Positions 54,885-64,000 of a stretch of DNA of 64,000 bases are shown here, piece after piece. The notes beneath the pieces were generated by a model that had not been told where the DNA came from, did not search any database, and was given only the letters and a program-made list of their open reading frames with translations. The DNA lies in NCBI GenBank assembly GCA_963719495.1, contig CAVRCI010000006.1, forward strand, positions 64,001 to 128,000, in the 5' to 3' direction. The stretch's first letter is position 1. Each line of letters opens with the position of its first letter. Both the position numbers and the translations under genes were made by a program. This DNA comes from an uncultured Verrucomicrobiae bacterium. Its GTDB lineage: Bacteria > Verrucomicrobiota > Verrucomicrobiia > Chthoniobacterales > JAATET01.

Positions 54885-56357
54885 TCACCCCGCCACGCCC
54901 TTGAACCAACCGACCGGCCCGGGCGAGAGGTTGGTGTTGATCTGCTTCACTTCGGTGTAGGCCTCGTAGCCATAGGTGCCGAGTTCGCGACCAATCCCGC
55001 TCTGTTTGTACCCGCCCCACGGCGCTTCGTTGAAGGTCGGGTGGTAGGTATTGATCCAGGTAATGCCTGCCCGCAGCTTGCGAATGAACCGCTGCGCCTT
55101 CGCGCCGTCGCTGGTGAAAACCGCGCCCGCCAGCCCGTAAACCGTGTCGTTGGCCAGCCGCAGCGCCTCTTCCTCGGTGTCGAAAAGCTGCACGACCAGC
55201 ACCGGGCCGAAGATCTCCTCCCGCACGATCCGCGCATCCTCCGCCGCGTTCACGAAAACCGTCGGTTGCACGAAATTCCCCGCCGCCCGCTCGTCGTCGT
55301 AGCCACCCCCGCCGCAGAGCAGCTTGGCCTCCGCCTTCCCGCTCTCGATGTAATCGAGCACCTTGCGCTGGTGCGCCACCGAGATGAGCGGTCCCATCTC
55401 GGTCGCCTCGTCCGACCCCGGTCCGACGACGATCCGGCCGCACGCCGCCGCGAGCCGCGGGAGAAACTTACCCGCCCAACTCCGCTCCAGCAGCAGCCGC
55501 GACCCCGCGCTGCAGACTTCGCCCTGACCCGCGAAGATCGCGAACATCGAATACTCCAGCGCCGACTCGAAGTCCGCGTCCGCGAAGACCACGCACGGGC
55601 TCTTGCCGCCCAGCTCGAGCGAGATTTTCTTCAGATTGCCCGCCGCCGCCGTCATGACCTTGCGCCCCGTCACCCCACCGCCCGTGAAGGCGATCTTGTC
55701 CACGCGATGACTCTCCGCCAGCGCCGCCCCGACCGGATCACCCGGCCCGAGCACGAGATTCACCACCCCCGGCGGCAACCCGACTTGGTCGATCAACTCG
55801 AAGAGCCGCACCGCACTCCACGGCGTCAGTTCGGACGGTTTGAGGATGCAGCAATTCCCAGCCGCCAGCGCCGGCGCGAGCTTCCACACCGCCATAAGCA
55901 GCGGGTAGTTCCACGGGATGATCTGCCCGCAGACACCGATCGGCTCGCGCACCGTGATCGTCTGCACGCTCGGGTCCGACGTTTCAAACGTCTGCCCGCT
56001 CGGTTTCGTCGCGAGTCCGGCGTAATACCGGAAGCACCCCGCCGCATCCGCCACGTCGTAGCGCGCCTCGCGCAGCGGCTTGCCGTTATTGAGCGTATCG
56101 CGACGGACAAATTCCTCCGCGTCCCCGTCGATCAAGTCCGCCAGCTTGTGTAAGAGCGCCGCCCGCTCGCCACCCGACATCGAAGTCCACGGCCCGCTAT
56201 CAAACGCCGCCCGCGCCGCGTCGATGGCCGCCTCGACGTCCGCCACCCCCGAGTCCGTCGCGGTGCCCAGGACGGACCGGTCCGCCGGATTGTGATACTC
56301 CCGAGCAGCCCCCCCCTGAGCCGACACAAACTGACCGTCGATATAGTTCTTCAGCAT
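54885..56357 (-). CDS. NAD-dependent aldehyde dehydrogenase (betaine/aminoaldehyde type)
   Basis: IIPWNYP, KPSE, LELGGKSP, GEVCSAG, EEIFGPV, GGYKQSGIGRE. Confidence 0.93.
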   Translation of the reverse strand: MLKNYIDGQFVSAQGGAAREYHNPADRSVLGTATDSGVADVEAAIDAARAAFDSGPWTSMSGGERAALLHKLADLIDGDAEEFVRRDTLNNGKPLREARYDVADAAGCFRYYAGLATKPSGQTFETSDPSVQTITVREPIGVCGQIIPWNYPLLMAVWKLAPALAAGNCCILKPSELTPWSAVRLFELIDQVGLPPGVVNLVLGPGDPVGAALAESHRVDKIAFTGGGVTGRKVMTAAAGNLKKISLELGGKSPCVVFADADFESALEYSMFAIFAGQGEVCSAGSRLLLERSWAGKFLPRLAAACGRIVVGPGSDEATEMGPLISVAHQRKVLDYIESGKAEAKLLCGGGGYDDERAAGNFVQPTVFVNAAEDARIVREEIFGPVLVVQLFDTEEEALRLANDTVYGLAGAVFTSDGAKAQRFIRKLRAGITWINTYHPTFNEAPWGGYKQSGIGRELGTYGYEAYTEVKQINTNLSPGPVGWFKGVAG

Positions 56358-56448
56358 CCGCCAAGGTTACACCCCGGGGAGCGCGGGCTTCCAGCTCGTT
56401 CCGCCGGGCATCCTGCCCGGTGGCACGTGTGTAAGTCGGGCGTCCCGA

Positions 56449-56658
56449 CTACCCCAATCGCGGCTTCCACACCGCAGCGTCGATGATCGACCAAAGGTGA
56501 ATGATCCACCCCAGCAGAATTACCCAAAGCGCCGCCGCCAGCAAAAACATCACTAGCGCTATAATCAACCGCCCTTGGATCAACTGACCCAAACCCGGGA
56601 TGAAAAAACTCGCCAGCGCGGCGATCACGTTACCAGCAGATCCACGTCCTTCAGCCAT
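56449..56658 (-). CDS. Small membrane protein
   Basis: AALASFFIPGLGQL..GR...WSIIDAA. Confidence 0.75.
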   Translation of the reverse strand: MAEGRGSAGNVIAALASFFIPGLGQLIQGRLIIALVMFLLAAALWVILLGWIIHLWSIIDAAVWKPRLG

Positions 56659-56786
56659 CCCGAGAGCATCCATCGCGCGGACCGCGCTGTCAATTATCCG
56701 CCTTCGCCCCGCGATGCCATCCGCCGCCCGCCTGACCGACCCAAAGCGGGCTGTTCACTCGCCGAAAGCTTTTCCATAATCCAGAG

Positions 56787-58307
56787 ATGAAATTTCTCAC
56801 CCTTGGTCTCATCGTTCTGCTGACCCCGGCACTTTCTGCCGCCGAACCCGAGTTCAAGCCGGGCGCGGGAATCGACGAAGAATTTCTGCGCGAGCTGATC
56901 TCGGCGAAATTAATCCAATATCGGGTGCCAGGTGCCGCCGTGGCGGTGGTCAAAGACGGCCAGCCGCTACTGGTGGGCGGATTCGGCATCCGGGAAGTCG
57001 GTCAGCCCGGCAAGGTCGACGCGGATACCATTTTTCAGCTCGCGAGTGTCTCGAAGACGTTCACGGCCACGGCGACAGCTGCGATGGTCGACGCCGGAAA
57101 GATCGCTTGGGAGCAGCCAGTGAGCGAGGTGCTGCCGGGATTTGAGATGGCGACACCTTACGCAACCGAGTGGATGCATTCGCGGGATCTGCTGACGCAT
57201 CGGGCGGGATTCGAAGGATTTTTCGGCGATATTTTCGATCATCTTGGATTCGAGCGGAACGACATCCTCCGCCGCCTGCGTCACGTCGAACCCGGGTATT
57301 CGTTCCGCGATCATCCCGAGTATTCCAATCTCGGTTTCTTCGTCGCGGGGGAAGCGGCGGCGCGGGTGAACGGGACGACCTTCGAAAAACTCGTCGCCGC
57401 TAAGATCACCGATCCCCTCGGCATGACCCGCACCGGCAAAGCTGCCGAGTGGTTGGCCTCGAGCGATCTGAATCTGTCGGGGCACCACCGGCTCGTTGAC
57501 GGCGAGCCGTTGGTCATCCCAAAGGCCAATACGAGTCCAGTCTTCGTTGCGGCGGGCGGGCTCAGCTCGACGGCGAACGATCTCGCTCGATACCTCGAGA
57601 TGCTGCTGGCTGGAGGCCGGCGCGGGGACGCGACGATCTTGAGCGCCGAGGCGGTGGCCGCGATGCTCGAGCCGGTGATCGCGGATACACCCGGGTTTGC
57701 GGAGTTCCCTCCCATCGACGCGACGTCGGGTTTCGATTACAGTCCGGGCTGGGGCATTTTCCACTACAACGGCCACCGGATCATCGAAAAAGGCGGGGCG
57801 CTGGATGGCATTCGGACGGTTGTTGTGCTGGTGCCAGAAGCCGGATTAGGAATCGCGATCCTGGCCAACCTGAATCTGACGGCGTTTCCCGAGGCGGTGC
57901 GCGCGGGGATTCTGCAGCGCCAACTGGGTCGATCCGGCGAGGACGATCTTCAGCCCGAGATCCTCGCGAGAAACGAGCAGATCGCAAAGATGCTCCTGGC
58001 CTCAGAGCCGCGCCCAGCCGACGCGAAGCCCACCCCGCGCCCCCTCGAAGCCTACGTTGGCACTTACACGAGCGATCTCTTCGGAGAGTGGCGGATCGAA
58101 CTCAATCCCGACCAAACCGCCAGCTCGCCGCCCCTGCTAGTGAAAGCGGGCCCGGCGGGATACCGGGGAACGATCGTGCCGTGGGATGGCGACACGATGC
58201 ACTTGAGCTGGCCAATCGTGATCTCGGGTCCGACCGAGATTGTGTTCGATCGAACCGGGTTTGCATTTCTTGATTATCAATTCACGAAGGCCAAGGAAGC
58301 TGAATAA
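56787..58307 (+). CDS. Serine hydrolase, class C beta-lactamase family with DUF3471-like tail
   Basis: ASVSK (SxxK), LLTHRAG, YSN, YVGTY. Confidence 0.9.
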   Translation: MKFLTLGLIVLLTPALSAAEPEFKPGAGIDEEFLRELISAKLIQYRVPGAAVAVVKDGQPLLVGGFGIREVGQPGKVDADTIFQLASVSKTFTATATAAMVDAGKIAWEQPVSEVLPGFEMATPYATEWMHSRDLLTHRAGFEGFFGDIFDHLGFERNDILRRLRHVEPGYSFRDHPEYSNLGFFVAGEAAARVNGTTFEKLVAAKITDPLGMTRTGKAAEWLASSDLNLSGHHRLVDGEPLVIPKANTSPVFVAAGGLSSTANDLARYLEMLLAGGRRGDATILSAEAVAAMLEPVIADTPGFAEFPPIDATSGFDYSPGWGIFHYNGHRIIEKGGALDGIRTVVVLVPEAGLGIAILANLNLTAFPEAVRAGILQRQLGRSGEDDLQPEILARNEQIAKMLLASEPRPADAKPTPRPLEAYVGTYTSDLFGEWRIELNPDQTASSPPLLVKAGPAGYRGTIVPWDGDTMHLSWPIVISGPTEIVFDRTGFAFLDYQFTKAKEAE

Positions 58308-58404
58308 TCATCGTGGCCTTCCGAGATACTCCGGCGCGTCCCCCGCGTCACCCGCAGCAGATCCGTTGACCTCGCTGCCCCGGGCCGCGTAACCTCCGCG
58401 TCCC

Positions 58405-59997
58405 ATGCAAACACCCAAAGTCCTCGTCGCCGACGCCATCTCCCAGCGCGGAGTCGACGAACTCGCCGCCGGCGGAGCCCTCGACGTCACCGTTTCCACC
58501 GGACTCCCCGAAGCCGAACTTCTCAAGATCATTCCCGAATACGCGGGCCTCGTCGTCCGCTCCGCCACCAAGGTCAACGACAAGGTCCTCGCCGCCGCAA
58601 CCAATCTCAAAGTCGTTGGCCGCGCCGGTGTCGGCGTCGACAACGTGAACATCGAAGTCGCCACGCAGAACGGTGTCATCGTCATGAACACGCCCGGCGG
58701 CAACACGATCTCGACCGCCGAGCTCGCCTTCTCGCTCATCATCAGCCTCGCCCGCATGATTCCGCAGGCCGACGCCTCCCTCAAAGCCGGGCGCTGGGAC
58801 CGCAAGAAATTCGAAGGCGTCGAGCTCTACGGCAAGACCCTCGGCATCCTCGGCATGGGCCGCATCGGCACCGAGGTCGCCCGCCGCGCCATCGCCTTCG
58901 GCATGCGCGTCGTCGCTTACGACCCCTACCTCTCCGCCAGCCGCGCCCGCTCGCTCCAGGTCGACCTCATCGACACCATCGACGATCTCCTCCCGCAGGC
59001 CGACTTCATCACGATGCACATGCCGCTCACCGATGAGACGAAACACATGCTCGACGCCCGCCGCCTCAAGCTCTGCAAAAAGGAAGCCCGCATCGTGAAT
59101 TGCGCCCGCGGCGGCCTCATCGACGAAGCCGCCCTCAAGACCGCCCTCGACGAAGGCACGATCTCCGGAGCCGCCCTCGACGTCTACGAAGTCGAGCCGC
59201 CCCCCGCCGATTTCCCCCTCCGCGACACCCCCGGCATGGTCTTCACCCCCCACCTCGGAGCCTCCACCGCCGAAGCCCAGGAAAACGTCGGCATCGAAAT
59301 TGCCCAGGCCATCCGCGCCGCCCTCCTCGAAGGCGAGATCCGCAACGCCGTCAACGTCCCGTCCATCGACGCCCGCACCCTCGCGACCCTCGGCCCGTGG
59401 ATCGACCTCTGCGACCGCCTTGGCCGATTCGCCTCGCAAATCGCCCCCAAACGCCCCGAAACCCTCCGCGTCCGCTACAGTGGAAAAATCGCCGATCAGG
59501 AGCTCACGTCCATGACGCGCTCCGTCCTCACCGGCTACCTCAAACCGATCGCCGGCGACGAAGTGAATCAGGTCAACGCCCCCGCCATCGCCAAAAACCT
59601 CGGCCTCAAGATCATCGAAAGCCGCCACAGCGAAGCCGGCGAATTCACCGACCTCATCGAAGTCTTCGTCGAGTGCGGCGACGACCAGGCCAGCGTCGGC
59701 GGCACCCTCTACGGAGCCAAGCCCCGCCTCGTCACCGTCAACGGCCACTTCGTCGAGATCGTTCCGATCGGCACCGTCCTCCTGCTCGAAAACAAGGATC
59801 GGCCCGGCATCGTCGGCCACATCGGCACGCTGCTTGGGAAAGAAAACGTCAACATCGCCAGCATGTCCCTCAGCCGCGACGCCGCCGGAGGCACCGCCCT
59901 CACCCTCCTCAACGTCGACACGACCCCCGACGAAGAAGTCGTTGCAAATCTCCTAGCCGACCCCGACATCCAATCCGCCGAAGTCATCAAGCTCTGA
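58405..59997 (+). CDS. serA: D-3-phosphoglycerate dehydrogenase
   Basis: GRAGVGVDN, GMGRIG, NCARGG, TPHLGAST, C-terminal ACT domain. Confidence 0.97.
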   Translation: MQTPKVLVADAISQRGVDELAAGGALDVTVSTGLPEAELLKIIPEYAGLVVRSATKVNDKVLAAATNLKVVGRAGVGVDNVNIEVATQNGVIVMNTPGGNTISTAELAFSLIISLARMIPQADASLKAGRWDRKKFEGVELYGKTLGILGMGRIGTEVARRAIAFGMRVVAYDPYLSASRARSLQVDLIDTIDDLLPQADFITMHMPLTDETKHMLDARRLKLCKKEARIVNCARGGLIDEAALKTALDEGTISGAALDVYEVEPPPADFPLRDTPGMVFTPHLGASTAEAQENVGIEIAQAIRAALLEGEIRNAVNVPSIDARTLATLGPWIDLCDRLGRFASQIAPKRPETLRVRYSGKIADQELTSMTRSVLTGYLKPIAGDEVNQVNAPAIAKNLGLKIIESRHSEAGEFTDLIEVFVECGDDQASVGGTLYGAKPRLVTVNGHFVEIVPIGTVLLLENKDRPGIVGHIGTLLGKENVNIASMSLSRDAAGGTALTLLNVDTTPDEEVVANLLADPDIQSAEVIKL

Positions 59998-60003
59998 TGC
60001 TTT

Positions 60004-60215
60004 TGAACAGAAGGGAACGAAGGGAACGAAGAGAACGAGGGTTACAAATACAGTTTCGGAACAGAAGGTCGCAAAGTCCGCAAAGGGGTGACCGGTGCTT
60101 CGCACCGGTCACCCCATTCAACTTCTTCTGTATTCCTTCGCGACCTTTGCGACCTTCTGTTCAAACCCGCATTATATCTCCGTATCCTCCGTTCCCTTCG
60201 TCCCCTCCTGTTAGA
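60004..60215. repeat. Nested inverted 9-mer repeat array
   Basis: GAACAGAAGGGAACGAAGGGAACGAAG and GAACAGAAGGTCGCAAAG mirrored by CTTTGCGACCTTCTGTTC and CCGTTCCCTTCG; central GGTGACCGGTGC-TTC-GCACCGGTCACC hairpin. Confidence 0.75.
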
Positions 60216-60218
60216 GCC

Positions 60219-62006
60219 TTACCCATCATACTGCCCCGCCGACCAGAGCGCCGCGTAAGCCCCACCCCGCGCCAGCAACTCCGGCCCCGCCCCGAACTCC
60301 ACGATCCGCCCGTCTTTCAACACGGCGATCTTCCCGAATTGATGCACCGTCGCCAGCCGGTGCGTCACAATCAGAGCGGTCCGCCCTTCCATCAATTCCT
60401 CGATCGTTCCCATGATCGCGTTCTCCGTCGCCGGGTCCAGCGCCGACGTCGGCTCATCCAGCAACAAAATCGGCGCATCCTTCAGAAACGCCCGCGCGAT
60501 CCCGATTCGCTGCCGCTGACCCACACTCAGATGACCGCCCTTCTCACCCACCAACGAATCGAACCCATTCGGTAATTTCTCGATGAAATCCAGCGCCTGC
60601 GCCCGCCGAGCCGCCTCCACGATTTCACCATTCGTCGCCCCCGGCCGACCGTAGGCAATGTTCTCCCGCACCGTGCTCGAAAACAGCAGCGTATCCTGGA
60701 GCACCATCCCGATCTGCCCCCGCAGCGACTCCCGCGTTACCCCGTGGACATCCTGCCCGTCGATCGTCACCCGCCCCGCCGTCGGCTCGTAAAAACGCAT
60801 CACCAGACTCAGCAACGTGCTCTTCCCCGCACCCGTCCCGCCCACGAAAGCGATCTTCTCCCCCGGCAAAATCTCCAAATCGATCCCCTCCAGCACCTTC
60901 GCCTCCTCGGAATACCCAAACCGCACCGCCTCGAACGCAATCGCCCCCTCCACCGCCCGCAGCGGCACCGCCCCCGGCGCGTCCTGCGATTCCGGCTCCC
61001 GGTCCAGCACCTCGAAGCACCGCTGCATCCCCGCCGCCGCCCCCTCCAACGCCCAAGCCGTGTAGCTCAACTGCTCGAGCGGTTGATACAGCATCACCAA
61101 ATACGCCGCAAACGTCACCAGTTCCCCGATCGTCAGAGCCTCGTCCAGCACCGCCCGCGACCCCACGTAGTAGAGCAGCGCCGTCCCCATCGCCATCAAC
61201 GTCCCGATCACCAGCGCACTCGTCACCGACGTCACGTTCAGCTTGAGATTCGCCTCCAAGCTCCGCGTCGCGTGACCCAGGAACTGCCGCACCTCGAACT
61301 TCTCCCGCCCAAAAGCGTGCACCACCCGGATCGAACTCAGCCCCTCCTGCGCCACCGCCAGCACGTCACTCTCCCGCTCCTGAATCGCCGCCGACTGGTG
61401 CCGAATCCGTTCCGCGTAGTAAAGGATCGCCATAAAAACGAACGGCAACACCGCCAGCGAAGCCAGCGTCAACCGCCAGTTCACCAGAAACATGATCGTC
61501 CCAATCGTGATCAGAGTGACCACTGAATTCAGCACGGTTGCGAACCCCTTGTTGTAAATCGTCTGAATCGACTGCGAGTCGTAGGCCACCCGAAACGAAG
61601 AATCCGAACTCCGCCGAGCATCGTGAAACCGCAGCGGCAAAGCCTGCAAACAACCGTAAAGCGTCGCCCGCAGGTCCAGCATCGCCTTCAACCCCGTCCG
61701 GATAAAAAGAAAGTTCGAAACGAGATTCACCAACCCACCCAGCAGGTTGATCACCACCAGCACCGCACAGAGCCAAAAAACAACCCACACCGGCGAAGTC
61801 CCTTCCCCAAACCACGCCCCCACCTGAGCCCGAGCGGTATCGATTGCCGGACTCGAAGTCGTATCGAGCACGCCGTCGAAAATGTAACGAATCGGCCAAG
61901 GCTTCAGCGCATTCAGCCCAATCGCGACCAGCATCGCCACCGTCCCGCCGACGGTCGGCCAAACGAACGGCCGAAAATAGCGCAAAGTGCGCGAGTAAAC
62001 CGACAT
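60219..62006 (-). CDS. ABC exporter, fused permease/ATP-binding (MsbA/MdlB-like)
   Basis: TM domain; GGTGAGKST, LSVGQRQR, LLLDEPTSALD. Confidence 0.92.
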   Translation of the reverse strand: MSVYSRTLRYFRPFVWPTVGGTVAMLVAIGLNALKPWPIRYIFDGVLDTTSSPAIDTARAQVGAWFGEGTSPVWVVFWLCAVLVVINLLGGLVNLVSNFLFIRTGLKAMLDLRATLYGCLQALPLRFHDARRSSDSSFRVAYDSQSIQTIYNKGFATVLNSVVTLITIGTIMFLVNWRLTLASLAVLPFVFMAILYYAERIRHQSAAIQERESDVLAVAQEGLSSIRVVHAFGREKFEVRQFLGHATRSLEANLKLNVTSVTSALVIGTLMAMGTALLYYVGSRAVLDEALTIGELVTFAAYLVMLYQPLEQLSYTAWALEGAAAGMQRCFEVLDREPESQDAPGAVPLRAVEGAIAFEAVRFGYSEEAKVLEGIDLEILPGEKIAFVGGTGAGKSTLLSLVMRFYEPTAGRVTIDGQDVHGVTRESLRGQIGMVLQDTLLFSSTVRENIAYGRPGATNGEIVEAARRAQALDFIEKLPNGFDSLVGEKGGHLSVGQRQRIGIARAFLKDAPILLLDEPTSALDPATENAIMGTIEELMEGRTALIVTHRLATVHQFGKIAVLKDGRIVEFGAGPELLARGGAYAALWSAGQYDG

Positions 62007-62165
62007 CAAGCCACGCTTACCGCCAAGCCACCGAAAAGCCAAGCCCCGGAGACCGCGCGATGAACCGGAGGGGACCGCGACCATCCTGGTCGCCGTGCCG
62101 ACCTTCCAGGTCGGCACCCGTTCCCATGCGCGAAGCGCTACTTTTCTCACCCACCAATCACCAAT

Positions 62166-62304
62166 GACTCGCGCTCTCCCGAGCGTCTCGCCCTTCGGGC
62201 TGCATCGCAGAGCCGACGCAGTCTGCCCCGAGCGTGGACTCGCGCTCTCCCGAGCGTCTCGCCCTTCGGGCTGCGTCGCAGAGCCGACGCAGTCTGCCCC
62301 GAGC
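62166..62304 (+). repeat. Two tandem 68-bp copies (period 71) flanked by TCACCAA heptamers
   Basis: 62166-62233 and 62237-62304 differ at one base. Confidence 0.85.
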
Positions 62305-62407
62305 CTCCCCAGGCTCCGGTGCTCACCAGTCACCAATCACTTCACCAACCCACTTCACCAACCCACCCTTGCCCCCCGCGCCAGGTTCTGTTCTTTTCGC
62401 CGTCCGC

Positions 62408-63061
62408 ATGAGCTCCGAACCGCCCATCATCCCGCCGCCAGCCCGAGCCATGGACCTCGCCGCGGGCACGAAGAACCCCCTGCGCAAGCTCTACTACTGG
62501 ACGCTTCACTGGGCCGACACCCGCTACGCCCTCCCGGCCCTCTTCATCGTCTCCTTCGCGGAATCGTCCTTTTTCCCGATCCCGCCCGACATTCTCCTCA
62601 TGGCCATGTGCTTCGCCGCACCGAAGCGTTGGCTCACGTTTGCCTTCTGGTGCACCGTCGCCTCCGTCCTCGGCGGCATCCTCGGGTGGTATATCGGCTG
62701 GGGCCTCTGGGCCGGCGTCGGCGAGCCAATCGTGAATTTCTACAACGGTCAGGACGTCATGGAAAAAGTGCGCGTCCTCTACGACACCTACGGCTTCTGG
62801 GGCATCCTCATCGCCGCGATCACCCCGATCCCCTACAAGGTGTTCACGATCGCGTCCGGCGTCTTCGAATTTTCGCTCCCGATTCTCATCGGAGCCTCGA
62901 TCATCGGACGCGGCTTCCGATTTTTTCTCGTCGCCGGCCTGATCCGAGGCTTCGGCCCCCGCATCAAGCCGTTCCTGGAAAAACACTTCGAGCTCGCCAT
63001 GCTCGGCGGCCTCATCCTCGGCATCCTCGGCGTCGTTGCGATCAAGTTCATCCCGCACTAG
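62408..63061 (+). CDS. YqaA family (DedA/VTT) membrane protein
   Basis: SFAESSFFPIPPD, TPIPYKVFTIASG, GRGFRFF. Confidence 0.92.
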   Translation: MSSEPPIIPPPARAMDLAAGTKNPLRKLYYWTLHWADTRYALPALFIVSFAESSFFPIPPDILLMAMCFAAPKRWLTFAFWCTVASVLGGILGWYIGWGLWAGVGEPIVNFYNGQDVMEKVRVLYDTYGFWGILIAAITPIPYKVFTIASGVFEFSLPILIGASIIGRGFRFFLVAGLIRGFGPRIKPFLEKHFELAMLGGLILGILGVVAIKFIPH

Positions 63062-63074
63062 GATGCTCCCCCCG

Positions 63075-63791
63075 ATGGCCGACACGCCCACCACCACCAC
63101 CAGCACCGCGACCAGCGCGACGAAGGAAGAACTCAGCCGCATCGCGCGCATCTTCCGCCACTTCGGCAATCGCCTGTTCACCGGCGTCGTCGTCGCGGTC
63201 CCGCTCATCGTCACCTTCCTCGTCCTCCAGATCGCCTACAACTTCATCGACGGCATCTCGGAACCCCTCTGGAAGCGCTTCGGCTGGGAAAAGATCCCCG
63301 GCCTCGGCTTCGTCAGCACGCTCATCATTCTCATCATCCTCGGCTACTTCGCCACGAACGTCCTCGGCAGGAAGGTCATCGATACCTTCGAAAAGATTCT
63401 CACGAAAATCCCCCTCATCGCCCCGGTCTACAACGCCGTGAAGCAGGCTCTCGAATCGTTCAAGAGCATGAGCAGCAACAAGCAATTCACGCGCGTCGCC
63501 TACGTTCAATACCCCAGCGAAGGCTCCTACCTCATCGCGTTCGTCACCGGCCACTTCCTCGAGACCACCACCAACATCGAGATGACCACCGCCTTCGTCC
63601 CCACGTCGCCCAGCCCTCTCACCGGCTTCGTCGTCTGCACGCCCACCGACAAGGTCATCGACAGCGGCCTCTCCCTCGAGCAAGCCACCAAGATCATCAT
63701 GTCCGCCGGCCTCGTTGCCCCCCACCAGGCACCCCTCCCAGCCGCCGCATCGGGCACCACCCTGACCCCATCCTCAGGCGTCCCGCACTGA
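63075..63791 (+). CDS. DUF502 family membrane protein
   Basis: PLIVT, IPGLG, KIPLIAPVY, FVPTSPSPLTGF, IMSAG. Confidence 0.9.
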   Translation: MADTPTTTTSTATSATKEELSRIARIFRHFGNRLFTGVVVAVPLIVTFLVLQIAYNFIDGISEPLWKRFGWEKIPGLGFVSTLIILIILGYFATNVLGRKVIDTFEKILTKIPLIAPVYNAVKQALESFKSMSSNKQFTRVAYVQYPSEGSYLIAFVTGHFLETTTNIEMTTAFVPTSPSPLTGFVVCTPTDKVIDSGLSLEQATKIIMSAGLVAPHQAPLPAAASGTTLTPSSGVPH

Positions 63792-63816
63792 ACAAAACCA
63801 CCCCCTCACGCGTCTC

Positions 63817-64000
63817 ATGAGCGTAACCCAAAGCATCATGAAGAACCCATACGCCAAGCTCAACGACTTGCATCTCTCCCTGGCCGACCTCATCGAAGCC
63901 GTCTCCTCGGTCGCCAAGAACAACGTCGAAACCGTCGCCGCCGTCGCCGACCTCATCAACAGCGGCCGCGTCCAAATCGCCTCCGCCACCGGCACCAAGC
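63817..64000 (+). CDS. Small hypothetical protein (runs off the window)
   Basis: MSVTQSIMKNPYAKLNDLHLSLADLIEAVSS...VADLINSGRV; host codon usage. Confidence 0.55.
   Translation, partial: MSVTQSIMKNPYAKLNDLHLSLADLIEAVSSVAKNNVETVAAVADLINSGRVQIASATGTK

Noticed and set aside
56787..58307. True antibiotic-resistance beta-lactamase
   Set aside because: The 506-aa length and C-terminal extension fit the broad serine hydrolase family; no evidence on substrate.
62166..62304. CRISPR array
   Set aside because: Only two 68-bp units with a 3-nt gap, no unique spacers and no cas genes.

Overview
High-GC bacterial chromosome segment. PEP-CTERM proteins, H-X9-DG pilin-like genes and the repeat families suggest Verrucomicrobiota (inference). 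It has three zones. (1) 1-14.9 kb is a partly decayed polysaccharide-utilisation region: LacI and AraC regulators, duplicated PEP-CTERM genes, a GH39-like hydrolase, a small secreted domain present three times, and a chimera of four gene fragments (sulfatase, GH115, autotransporter-like, Gfo/Idh/MocA). (2) About 15.0-30.6 kb is an integrated defence island. Its large serine recombinase appears to have inserted into the host arfB-like gene right at the GGQHVN codons, with a palindromic att-like site at 30622-30647. The island carries its own intact, recoded arfB-like gene beside the integrase. It also carries a coupled PLD-SNF2 helicase / YhcG / type IIG methylase / ABC-ATPase-HEPN operon and a DUF5131-TcmP pair. 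The integrase has an in-frame TGA, and no left att site was found. (3) 30.8-64 kb is core genome: polyamine ABC genes, pyk, tRNA-Pro(TGG), a likely spt-bcerS-cerR ceramide operon, purD, alr, larE, serA and many intergenic palindromic repeats. All family calls come from motif recognition by eye; no database searches were run.
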